Below are positions 1 through 8,684 of a stretch of 64,000 nt of DNA, piece after piece (the stretch's first letter is position 1; each line of letters opens with the position of its first letter). Position numbers and translations under genes: made by a program. The stretch comes from Chloroflexota bacterium (lineage in GTDB: Bacteria > Chloroflexota > UBA11872 > VXOZ01). Below the pieces are notes generated by a model, which saw nothing but the letters and a program-made list of their open reading frames with translations, was not told the origin of the DNA and did not search any database. The DNA lies in the NCBI GenBank assembly GCA_965221905.1, contig OZ244922.1, positions 1-64,000 of the forward strand, given 5' to 3'.

Positions 1-65
1 CCAGATACCCTACCCAGTCACTAGACAGGTCGATCCTGTACAATTCCCTTGTCCAGGTCGCTCTC

Positions 66-980
66 GTGATTGCGGTAATTGTCGCGCTGTTAGCGGTAAC
101 GCTGCCAGTGCGCATAGCTTCAGCGGCACAGTCCAGCGCCTCTGCATCGCAGATGGAAGTTGTGATCGTGCCGCCTCGTATTACCATCGCCCTTGGTGAC
201 GATGGTTCGCTGCAGTCGGTAACGACTAGCGTATTCATTGGCGGCTCGGCTACGCCGGTGAGTATTTCAGCGAAAGACCTAGCCGCGCTGGGCGCGTTCG
301 GTATTCCTGTGCCGGCGCTTGGCCTTGATGCCGCAACGACCGGAATGCTTACGGGCGCCGGTGTCGAGCATCTTCAGATCATGAAGGGCGCTGACGGCAT
401 GATCGACATCTACGTCAACGGCGCGTACACCATTGGCATAAGCCTCGGTGAGGATCAGGCGAACTACGAGCGGGTACTCAATCTGGTGGAAGGTTTCACC
501 GGCTTTGCTATCCCCTTGAAGGACGTGCTTGTTCCCGTGGTGATTGCTTCCGGTGGCGACGTGGTGCTGACGATTGGTGAGTCGACCATTCCGGTACGTG
601 AAGAAGGCGCACCTTCCGGCTACGTGGGGACCGAACAGCAAGAGGTCGTGCTGATGGCCAAGGCGAGCCTCAGCTACGATGCCGATGGCAAACTTTCGGT
701 GTTGGGTATGTCTGTAGACGAGCTTGGTGTGGTTGGTACCGACCTGGCTCCGAGCATCATTGCCCTCATGACGGCCAATGGCATTAGCGAGTTGAACGTC
801 AAGATCAACAATGACGGCCTTTCGCTGGGCAGCAATGGTGAGATGCTTGCTGACGTCCGCTTGGGCGGCGCCGATGCACTCGGCATCCTCAGTGTGCTGG
901 CACCGCAAGCCAGTATGGTTCTGCCATACTTGCATCTGCGTGACCGCATCGACGTTGACCTGACGGTGAGCCTGCCGTAA
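66..980 (+). CDS. Exported/membrane-anchored hypothetical protein, paralog of the next gene
   Basis: 304-aa ORF with a hydrophobic N-terminus; shares the motif HLQIMKGADGMIDIYVNG / HIQLIKGPGGDIDVYVNG with 1165..2439. The frame is open to the window edge, so the true start may lie upstream. Confidence 0.7.
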   Translation: MIAVIVALLAVTLPVRIASAAQSSASASQMEVVIVPPRITIALGDDGSLQSVTTSVFIGGSATPVSISAKDLAALGAFGIPVPALGLDAATTGMLTGAGVEHLQIMKGADGMIDIYVNGAYTIGISLGEDQANYERVLNLVEGFTGFAIPLKDVLVPVVIASGGDVVLTIGESTIPVREEGAPSGYVGTEQQEVVLMAKASLSYDADGKLSVLGMSVDELGVVGTDLAPSIIALMTANGISELNVKINNDGLSLGSNGEMLADVRLGGADALGILSVLAPQASMVLPYLHLRDRIDVDLTVSLP

Positions 981-1048
981 GAAGGGGTTTCTGTAGTGTT
1001 GTAAATCAGGAAAAGCACTACGCTCCCCCGTCGTACGCAGGTGATATG

Positions 1049-1082
1049 AGGGATACCCTACGCGCCCCAAGGGTATCCCTCA
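1049..1082. terminator. Strong intergenic hairpin
   Basis: GAGGGATACCCT-acgcgcccca-AGGGTATCCCTC inverted repeat after the first CDS; no clear U-tract. Confidence 0.5.
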
Positions 1083-1164
1083 TTGCTTAGAGAGACAGAC
1101 AGAAACTTTGCATGATTGTTAGACACGAAACCATGAATACATGCAAGCACAGAGAGGGAAGGCT

Positions 1165-2439
1165 ATGACCACCTGGAGACATTGGTGGGTGCCCGTACCA
1201 ATTCTGTGGTTGGTCCTTGTCATCATCGCTCTGATTGTGCTGGTAGCGGTCGGTGGGGGACTCACTAAGTTCGCAGCAATTCTGTTCTTGGTGAGTTTTG
1301 GCTTGATCTTCTCACTGCTCTATCTCGGCGCGGGGCTTGGCTACAAGGCAGGGCACCAACTAGGTGGAGGTACTGGAACCGGTCAGGCCGTGGGCATTGT
1401 CGGCCTGATCATCGGAGCAGTAGTGGGCCTGTTGGCTTCGCTGTTGATCGTTTCAACCGGCTTTGTGAGCCACGGGCTTTCCACACCATTCGCACCAGCG
1501 CGTTTAACGACCGCCGAGCCTGTTTCTGGGCCCGGTGCACCGCCTGAGCGCGCTGAAAATTCAATCGAAGTGTATGGCTTGCCCCAGGCAGCCGTACAGT
1601 TCGGCGAGAACGGCGGCATCAGTGGCATAGAGGTTGGCGTAAACCTTGCCGGACAGCAGTTCAACCTTGCTCTTTCCGAAGGTGAACTAAACCAGCTCGG
1701 TATCGGTGAAGTCCTATCGGCCTCAGCCATCGAATCGCTGCGAGCGGCCAATCTTCAACACATCCAACTCATTAAGGGGCCGGGCGGCGATATCGACGTT
1801 TACGTAAATGGCGGCTTCGCTTTGCGCATTTCCGTGAACTATGATCAGGCCGCATTGGATAAAATTATTGCGCTAGTCAAAGGGCTCGGCTATGACGTGG
1901 CAGTGCCTGATCTTGCCGTACCCCTCGCGCTGGCGATGATTGGCACGGTCGGGGTGAATTTTCCCACGGCGGATGGCGCGGCGGCCATTGAAATGTTCAC
2001 CGGCGAAACGTCGCAGCCGCCTGACGTACCCGATGCTACAGATCCACAGTACCCGCTTCTGATCGGCACGGTCCTGGATGCCAACGGCAATCTGCTTGTA
2101 CCTGACGTTGTCATTCTGGAAAATGCCGCGCCTCTGCTCGAAGCCATCGGCTTGAACCTGAGCATGGGCGGCATGCTTCCGGCAGATACCGTGGGAGGCT
2201 TGAAGGAAGCCGGACTAGCCATGATTACCATCAAGCTAGTGCCGCAAGGCCTTGATATCTACCTTGACGACGTGCATGCTATGACCGTCTTCTTGGGGGA
2301 CGAAGAGACCCTGCAAAATCTGACCACGGTTGTAGCCGCGTTTGCCGGTGACGAGGCAGGCGATATGTTGGACACCGTGGCGCCTTTCCTCGTGCGGCGA
2401 AACGAGGTGGCAGTTGACATCGTTGTGAATATCGAATAG
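1165..2439 (+). CDS. Membrane protein (about 3 N-terminal TM segments) with an extracellular domain paralogous to the upstream gene
   Basis: Long ORF; GAGAGGG RBS before ATG 1165; hydrophobic N-terminus; shared motifs with 66..980. Confidence 0.75.
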   Translation: MTTWRHWWVPVPILWLVLVIIALIVLVAVGGGLTKFAAILFLVSFGLIFSLLYLGAGLGYKAGHQLGGGTGTGQAVGIVGLIIGAVVGLLASLLIVSTGFVSHGLSTPFAPARLTTAEPVSGPGAPPERAENSIEVYGLPQAAVQFGENGGISGIEVGVNLAGQQFNLALSEGELNQLGIGEVLSASAIESLRAANLQHIQLIKGPGGDIDVYVNGGFALRISVNYDQAALDKIIALVKGLGYDVAVPDLAVPLALAMIGTVGVNFPTADGAAAIEMFTGETSQPPDVPDATDPQYPLLIGTVLDANGNLLVPDVVILENAAPLLEAIGLNLSMGGMLPADTVGGLKEAGLAMITIKLVPQGLDIYLDDVHAMTVFLGDEETLQNLTTVVAAFAGDEAGDMLDTVAPFLVRRNEVAVDIVVNIE

Positions 2440-2505
2440 CGCTTGCTCTCGACCTTGCCTGGCAAGCCTTGCTCTGTGCAGGGGTGAGAAATAGCAGCGT
2501 AGGGA

Positions 2506-2540
2506 TGGCTGTGGGTATTCTGCCCACAGCCATCTTTCAT
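2506..2540 (+). terminator. Probable intrinsic terminator
   Basis: GATGGCTGTGGG-tattctg-CCCACAGCCATC followed by TTTC. Confidence 0.6.
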
Positions 2541-2653
2541 TTCGCCGAGCGCACTATTCTTCGTCGCGGGCAGTTGCCGCGGGCTTGCACGTGAGGCGCG
2601 GGATTTGCTATGCTGGGTGCTACGTGTGCGGAAGCACCGGAGATAATTCAAGA

Positions 2654-2822
2654 GCCGTTGACTGTAGGCACTCCAGGTATGGGAGTATAATCCTCGGTTT
2701 GCGAGGTAAGCCTATCGAGGCATCATTGCAGGTTCTGCGTCTAAGCGCGGCCGCTCAATAGAATGCGGCATGACCGCGACGCAGTGGCTGCAAGTAAGCC
2801 TTGGTCAACGCCAAGGTTTTTT
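2654..2822 (+). ncRNA. Ribosomal protein L10 leader (autoregulatory element with attenuator-like hairpin)
   Basis: GCCGTTGACTGTAGG...TAAGCCTATCGAGG resembles the L10-leader core (CCGaaGACaGcAGG...UAA.CCUgcCGAGG). It is followed by CCTTGG-tcaacg-CCAAGG-TTTTTT directly upstream of rplJ. Confidence 0.8.
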
Positions 2823-2847
2823 GATTCTAGGCAGGAGGAAACGCGTT

Positions 2848-3381
2848 TTGGGAACTCGTGAGGAAAAGGCTGTAATCATCGAGGAATTGCGCGAGCGGCT
2901 GCGCGGCACGGATTTGGTCATTGTCACCGATTTCCGAGGCCTCACAGTAGGGCAGATGCAAACGCTCCGCAGGGAACTCAGGGCCGCTGGCGGCCAGTTC
3001 AAGGTAGCAAAGAACACGCTCCTGCGGCTGGCTGCGGAACGGGAAGATCAGGGAGATCTCGCCACACTGCTCGATGGCCCGAGCGGCATTGCATTCTCTG
3101 ACGGTGACATGGTCACCGTGGCAAAGGCGGTAACGGACTTCGCCAAGCGTGTGAATGCGCTCGAGGTGCGCGGCGGGCTTATGAGCGGAAAGGCCATTGG
3201 GCCGGATGGGGTTGCGGCACTGGCCGCGCTGCCGTCTCGCGAGGAGTTGCTCGCCAAGTTGCTGGGGAGCATGCAAGCCCCCGCAACGCAGTTGGTAAGC
3301 GTACTGAATGGCGTCGCGCGCAGCCTGGCATACGTGCTGCAAGCACGCGCCGATCAGCTACAACAAGCGGATTCCGCGTAG
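2848..3381 (+). CDS. rplJ: 50S ribosomal protein L10
   Basis: Motifs DFRGLTV, KVAKNTLL, LAALPSREELLAKL; AGGAGG RBS before an in-frame TTG at 2848. Confidence 0.97.
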   Translation: MGTREEKAVIIEELRERLRGTDLVIVTDFRGLTVGQMQTLRRELRAAGGQFKVAKNTLLRLAAEREDQGDLATLLDGPSGIAFSDGDMVTVAKAVTDFAKRVNALEVRGGLMSGKAIGPDGVAALAALPSREELLAKLLGSMQAPATQLVSVLNGVARSLAYVLQARADQLQQADSA

Positions 3382-3550
3382 GGCGCAATGCGGGACCAGC
3401 CTTGCACCCGGCGTTTTGTTACTTTCGCCGCCGGCACGGCATCCGTCCCGGCAATACACGTTAGCGGCGCTGCCACGCCGCTTGGTATGTGGAGCGCGCG
3501 TTCTCATAGAAAGGACGGTATCGCAGTTTGAGTATGGAATACAGGAAATT

Positions 3551-3620
3551 GCCGCAGACTTCGGCTAAGCCGCAGACTTCGGCAATGGCGCAGACCCCGG
3601 CATTGCCGCAGAGGTCGCAA
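3551..3620. repeat. 18-bp degenerate tandem repeat, about 4 copies
   Basis: gccgcagacttcggctaa / gccgcagacttcggcaat / ggcgcagaccccggcatt / gccgcagaggtcgcaa. Confidence 0.8.
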
Positions 3621-3709
3621 GTATGGAACTACGCTGCCATGTCTTGCCGGATGCTGAATCGGTCTGCGCGGGCATCGCTTTCCTATGCGCTCCCTGAGGA
3701 GAGAACCAA

Positions 3710-5320
3710 GTGAGAAGCAAGAGTTTCTGGTGCTTTGGTCTGTTGCTTATGTTCTCGTTGACGCTGGCCGCCTGCCAGACTGCTGAAGGCCCGGCGGGTG
3801 AGAGCAAAGCTCCGGCTACCGCTTTGCCTATGGTCAAGGAAACACCCGTCATTTCCACTGCGTTTGACGCGTCAAAGTATGAAAATGTCTTCGTCTTTAC
3901 GCTTGAGGAGATTGAGAATGAAGGCCGTTCGCTGCTCCACATCTCCTATCCTGTAACGGAGCAGGACACGATCAACGCGCGGATGGAAGCAGTTTCGCAG
4001 GAATTCATTGACAAGTATCGGACCATCGCAGCCGAGACTGAAGAGTCCTATCAGGAGTACAAGAAAGAGACGGGGAAAGAGGCGGCCACCTTTATCACCC
4101 ACTATCGTCAACACTTCGACGTTGCCGTCGCCAACGAAAACATAATCTTCTTCGACGTAGTGCGGTCGATACATACCGGCGGTACGGGCAACGCGTACGT
4201 TGTCGGGTATATCTTCGATCGCCGCAATGGCGCCGAGTTATCTATGCTCGATCTCTTTGTCGATGACGGGTACCTGGAGCGACTTTCCACCCTGACCAGG
4301 GAGGCGCTAAGAGAACGCGCCCGCAGCCGGATAGCTGAGCTGGAATTTGATTCTGACGCTGCCCGCAAGGAGGCGTTAGAGTGGGTATTGCAGTGGATAG
4401 AGAACGGCACGGCGCCAACCGCAGAGAATTTCGACAATATCCTATTCCAGGAGAATGGCACGATTCTGGTCAGGTTTGACAAGTATCAGGTAGCGCCAGG
4501 TGTAGATGGCGTGGTGGAAGTCGAACTGCCTGTGACTGCCATCGCCAATCTGCTCAAGCCGGAAATTCGGGATCTTTTGGGCGTTCAACTAGAGGCGGCA
4601 ACACCTCAACCTGAGAGGAGTGCCAAGGCTTCGGAGCAAGCCGAAGCAGAGACGACGCAAGATGCGCCGGCAGCGGCACAAGCAGGTTCGCCGGCACAGG
4701 ATGAGATCAACTGCTATGAGGTCCCTTGCGTGGCGCTCACCTTCGATGATGGCCCTTCAGTCTTCACTGAGGGCTTGCTGGATATGCTCAAAGAGCACAA
4801 TGTCCGGGCAACGTTCTTCATCCTGGGGAGTAGGGCCCGCATTCAATCTGAAACCGTATACCGCACGTTTCAGGAAGGACATGAGATCGGCAGTCATACC
4901 TGGGACCACCCCCTTCTGACCGATCTATCCGATGAGCAGATTCGGCAGCAGCTTCAGCAGACGGACGAGATCATCACCCGGATCATCGGCGAACCGTCGC
5001 GGCATCTTCGTCCCCCGTATGGCGGATACGATGACCGTGTCCTGGAAGTGTCAGGTGTGCCCTTCATATTCTGGAGCATCGATCCATTGGACTGGAGGGA
5101 TCGCGATGCGGAGATCGTGGCTGCGAGAATCATCGATTCGCCGCCCGGGGCGATAATCCTGGCCCATGACATTCATGAGACTACCGTGGACGCGGTACCG
5201 GCGATTATTGTGGCGCTAAAGAACCGTGGGATTCACTTTGTAACCGTCACCAAGCTGTTCGAGCCGCAAGAGTTGCTCCCGGGGTATGTTTATTCACAAC
5301 AACCTGATGCACCCAACTAA
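3710..5320 (+). CDS. Lipoprotein: DUF4163/DUF3298 (RsiV/PdaC-like) N-terminal region plus CE4 polysaccharide/peptidoglycan deacetylase
   Basis: Lipobox LAAC; TGG..N and FDKYQVAPG motifs; intact CE4 motifs TFDDGP, HTWDH, RPPYG, DPLDW, ILAHD; GAGGAG RBS. Confidence 0.9.
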   Translation: MRSKSFWCFGLLLMFSLTLAACQTAEGPAGESKAPATALPMVKETPVISTAFDASKYENVFVFTLEEIENEGRSLLHISYPVTEQDTINARMEAVSQEFIDKYRTIAAETEESYQEYKKETGKEAATFITHYRQHFDVAVANENIIFFDVVRSIHTGGTGNAYVVGYIFDRRNGAELSMLDLFVDDGYLERLSTLTREALRERARSRIAELEFDSDAARKEALEWVLQWIENGTAPTAENFDNILFQENGTILVRFDKYQVAPGVDGVVEVELPVTAIANLLKPEIRDLLGVQLEAATPQPERSAKASEQAEAETTQDAPAAAQAGSPAQDEINCYEVPCVALTFDDGPSVFTEGLLDMLKEHNVRATFFILGSRARIQSETVYRTFQEGHEIGSHTWDHPLLTDLSDEQIRQQLQQTDEIITRIIGEPSRHLRPPYGGYDDRVLEVSGVPFIFWSIDPLDWRDRDAEIVAARIIDSPPGAIILAHDIHETTVDAVPAIIVALKNRGIHFVTVTKLFEPQELLPGYVYSQQPDAPN

Positions 5321-5741
5321 GTGAATACCTAGAGAACCGGATTGTGGTCAACACTCAGGATAAAGTACGTGACCGGAAAGATGAGATATCCAATTTCAGT
5401 TTCTGCAGCGGAAGCATTCTTGCTCTTCCGTTGGCGCTTGAGCACTGCTCTGCGCGCCGTTGCTATTCTCATCGTTTCAAACATTCGGACGAACCAATGC
5501 ATACCTTGAAGGAGGTACAACGAGAGATGACTGTTTAGGGTTTCTGTCTCAGGGCGCATCTCAAACTAGGAGCGCACCCCTGATTCACCTCCAAAATGAC
5601 AGAGCCGCGGCATCGTGCGAATCCAATAGAAGCGGCTCTGCTTTCTCGCCGGGCGACCAATTTAGATTCGGCAACAGCCGTTCGGGCTGCCCCAAACCCG
5701 GGCATCCCAAGACAAGCACCTAAGAAAGAGGAAAGTAGACA

Positions 5742-6128
5742 ATGGCACAGACGATTTCGACTGAGGACATTATTGCGGCGATCGAAAACATGACGCTGCT
5801 TGAGGTTTCGGAACTTGTGAAGGCGTTGGAAGAGAAATTCGGCGTATCCGCCGCCGCCGCCGTCGCGGTAGTGGCAGGACCGGCTGATGGCGATGGCGCT
5901 GCGGCTGAGGAAGAGAAGGACTCCTTCGACGTCGTGCTTACTGAGATTGGCGACAAGAAGATCCAGGTTATCAAAGCGGTGCGCGAGATCACCGGACTTG
6001 GTCTGCGCGAGGCCAAGGCCGCCGTTGAGGCAGCGCCGAACCCCATTAAAGAAGCCGTCACCAAGGAAGAGGCCGAAGAGGTTAAGGGCAAGCTGGAAGA
6101 GGCGGGGGCCACCGCCGAGCTCAAGTAG
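5742..6128 (+). CDS. rplL: 50S ribosomal protein L7/L12
   Basis: [36 protein letters not shown]. Confidence 0.98.
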   Translation: MAQTISTEDIIAAIENMTLLEVSELVKALEEKFGVSAAAAVAVVAGPADGDGAAAEEEKDSFDVVLTEIGDKKIQVIKAVREITGLGLREAKAAVEAAPNPIKEAVTKEEAEEVKGKLEEAGATAELK

Positions 6129-6233
6129 CGTTCGCGGTCGTCGAACTCAAGTAGCGCTTGTGACCGAAGCACTCAGGTAGAGATTGCGGGCGGTGAGTTC
6201 AAGTAAGCGCTCGCAGCCGTCCAACTCAAGTAG
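6103..6233 (+). repeat. 26-bp period degenerate tandem repeat anchored on the rplL stop codon, 5 copies
   Basis: Motif (c/t)tca(a/g)gta(g/a) at 6120, 6146, 6172, 6198, 6225. Confidence 0.75.
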
Positions 6234-6304
6234 GGGCGACTTCACTCTCACCAAAACAGAGCGGTCTGCGCCGGTCTTTCGACCCAAGCTCCTAAGCGCA
6301 AACA

Positions 6305-6340
6305 GCGCGGTCCGGCGTTTTGCCGGGCCGCGCCGCATTT
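6305..6340. terminator. GC-rich hairpin between convergent genes, probable terminator
   Basis: GCGCGGTCCGGC-gtttt-GCCGGGCCGCGC. Confidence 0.55.
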
Positions 6341-6454
6341 AATCTGCCTGCAATGTGATGGCGTGTGCCTCTCGCCTCGGGTGCGCTTAGTGCACTGCTC
6401 GTTGCGCAAGCGACGCCCTGAGTCAAGCTATCGCGGGGTAACAAGCGCAAATGC

Positions 6455-7519
6455 TCACGAGGAATCGTTCGTCGAGCCCCTCTCCTCCTCGTGGCGCAAT
6501 TCCAAACCGTCCTCTGTCAACTGATACAGTTGCACCACACGTAGCGTCGGACAACACATCCCGTCGCCCTCCCCGTGGGTCACCATTTGCACCTTAATAT
6601 AGCGATCTGCGATGGTAAGCTCTTCAAGGTGCACGCGGTCACCCAGCAGAGCGGAGGCCACGTGCACCGGCGCGCCGTCCTCGTTGATGACGGCTTCCAG
6701 GGAACGGAACGTGCCGCTGCCGCCGCCGTTAGCCTCCAGCACCACCACGGCATCCCATATGCCGTCGCCATCTAGATCACCGAAGGCGACCATATCCATC
6801 ATTGCGATGTGAATCTTACTCGCTGAACCCTCAATTGCCTCTTCGTACTTACCGTCCTGCAACTGCGCGTGGCCTTCCTTGGGAAACTCATGCTGATAGG
6901 TGGCGTTTCGCAGCGCCTCTTCCGTCAGTTTGCCTGCCGGCGTAATACGTTCAAGCAACCTGAGCACGCCAAAACCCAAATTATACCGGCGCACTTCCGC
7001 TTGCGTGGGACAACACATGGCATCTCCCTCACCATGCGCCAGCATCCGCACCGTAATGACGGCATCCTCTATCTCGACTGAGTCGACACGAATGCGGTCC
7101 CCCAGATTGGCGGAGTGAAAGTGAAACGGATTGCCGACACTATTGATGACGATAGCCAGAGTATAAAACGTGCCACTGCCACCCCCACTTGCCACCAGCA
7201 CGACAGCAGCATCGTCTAGCGTATCGGCGTTTACATCGCCAAAAGTGATGTGTTCGCTCAACGCAAGAGTGACCTTGCTCGCGGAGTCAGGATCGATCTT
7301 CTCCTCGTACATTCCGTCTTGCAACTGCGCCTGCCCCGCCTTCACAAACTCAGAGTTATACGTGGCATTCTTCAGTACATCGACTGTGAGCGGCGCTGGT
7401 TCCCCATCTATCAGATTGGGTTCTTGCTGGTTTGGGCCTTGACCTGCACAGCCACTCAGCAAGAACGCCATCACCAGCAGACACAAAGAAAGTACGCCGG
7501 ACGCACCTGACCTCATCAT
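6455..7519 (-). CDS. Lipoprotein with two tandem copies of a GGSGTF...CCPT domain
   Basis: Lipobox LSGC; internal duplication (LKNATY...GGSGTFYTL...LGDRI...MCCPT versus LRNATY...GGSGTFRSL...LGDRV...MCCPT). Confidence 0.8.
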   Translation of the reverse strand: MMRSGASGVLSLCLLVMAFLLSGCAGQGPNQQEPNLIDGEPAPLTVDVLKNATYNSEFVKAGQAQLQDGMYEEKIDPDSASKVTLALSEHITFGDVNADTLDDAAVVLVASGGGSGTFYTLAIVINSVGNPFHFHSANLGDRIRVDSVEIEDAVITVRMLAHGEGDAMCCPTQAEVRRYNLGFGVLRLLERITPAGKLTEEALRNATYQHEFPKEGHAQLQDGKYEEAIEGSASKIHIAMMDMVAFGDLDGDGIWDAVVVLEANGGGSGTFRSLEAVINEDGAPVHVASALLGDRVHLEELTIADRYIKVQMVTHGEGDGMCCPTLRVVQLYQLTEDGLELRHEEERGSTNDSS

Positions 7520-7662
7520 GATCCTCGTTCCTTGCTCGGTTCCACCGATCACACTATTCCACTTCAGGGTCTCGGTTCAGTCTCTACTGTATTCCTTTCC
7601 ACACCCGCTTATCCGCACCTGCACATATGAACCCAGTATACGCGATGATACCTCGTACAGCC

Positions 7663-8511
7663 CTAACCGGCAGCGCGGCGAGTCATACGGTAGAGCTGAG
7701 CCCCAACCAGAACGACCAAACTCACAACTGCCAAACCGTACATCGGCCAGGCAGCTCCGCTCGCGCGTCCTATGAGCGCGCTCGCAACAATGACGAGCGC
7801 TACGGCGAACAAGGCCGCGTCATTACGCCAGAGAAGAACAGGTGGATTCCGGCTTCCGCCGGATTGACGGGGAGGAGTCTCCTTGCTGGGCGCGGCAACC
7901 ATGTGACCGGAATACCCGCGCAGCCGCATGACCATGTAGAGGCGCTGCAGGTAGTCCATGCTGTGCACAAGGACCAGTCCTAAACCGATGCTCAGGTTCT
8001 TGACCCGTTGCCACGGAGAACCGCCGCCCAGACCGCCCCGCAAACGCAGTGTGAGCAGGAGGCGCCGGGTGAGTTCCAGCAGGACGAAGATCGCTCGATA
8101 CGCCATCAGCAGACTCTCGGCTACAAGCGCGGGGAGAAACCGACTAAAGAGCGCGAAGATGCGCGGATAGGGCGTGGTCGTGACAACCAGCAGGATAACC
8201 AACGCCATGGTGGGAGCCTTGGCAACGATCGTGAGCGGCGTCAACCACGTCCCGTCCCAGCGCGAGACGGCAAAGACGGCCACGAAGAGCACAGTATAGA
8301 GCGAAGTTGCGCTGAGCGTCACCACCGGGAGGGGCGTTGTAAGGAGCAAGGCCAGCACGAACGCGTAAGTGGCGAGCAACAACAGAAAGTGGTCCGCGAG
8401 CATTACGGTGCATAGCACCGCCACGACCAGCACCACCTTGGCCGCGAGCGTCGCACTATGGAGCCAACTGCGGTAGTGCGTGGCCCATAGATCAACCGTT
8501 CCAATGTCCAT
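7663..8511 (-). CDS. cbiQ: ECF transporter transmembrane T component (CbiQ/NikQ-like)
   Basis: Multi-TM protein with SWLH...AAKV, YRAIFVL and LRLRGG/MRLRGY coupling motifs; adjacent to cbiM. Confidence 0.8.
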   Translation of the reverse strand: MDIGTVDLWATHYRSWLHSATLAAKVVLVVAVLCTVMLADHFLLLLATYAFVLALLLTTPLPVVTLSATSLYTVLFVAVFAVSRWDGTWLTPLTIVAKAPTMALVILLVVTTTPYPRIFALFSRFLPALVAESLLMAYRAIFVLLELTRRLLLTLRLRGGLGGGSPWQRVKNLSIGLGLVLVHSMDYLQRLYMVMRLRGYSGHMVAAPSKETPPRQSGGSRNPPVLLWRNDAALFAVALVIVASALIGRASGAAWPMYGLAVVSLVVLVGAQLYRMTRRAAG

Positions 8512-8581
8512 CCGCGTCCGGTCCTCTTGTCGCTGTCAATACGCGCACGCTCGAGACCCACGTAGCTTGTTCGCTCTCACC

Positions 8582-8609
8582 GTAGGGGCACGACATGTCG
8601 TGCCCCTAC
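8582..8609. repeat. GTAG-family REP palindrome; further copies at 11649-11675, 12353-12380, 37581-37608, 44701-44727
   Basis: GTAGGGGCACGACATGTCGTGCCCCTAC perfect palindrome, dispersed intergenically. Confidence 0.9.
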
Positions 8610-8684
8610 GCAATCTATCGTTGCACCGTGGGCACACGTTGGATCGCGTCCCTTCACGCCACCGTTGCACTTACAAGCGTCCCT

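Noticed and set aside
2770-2847. N-terminal extension of L10 from the ORF track
   Set aside because: It overlaps the leader terminator; the AGGAGG RBS supports TTG 2848.
6103-6233. Mini-CRISPR after rplL
   Set aside because: The constant part is only 9 nt and the linkers are related to each other.
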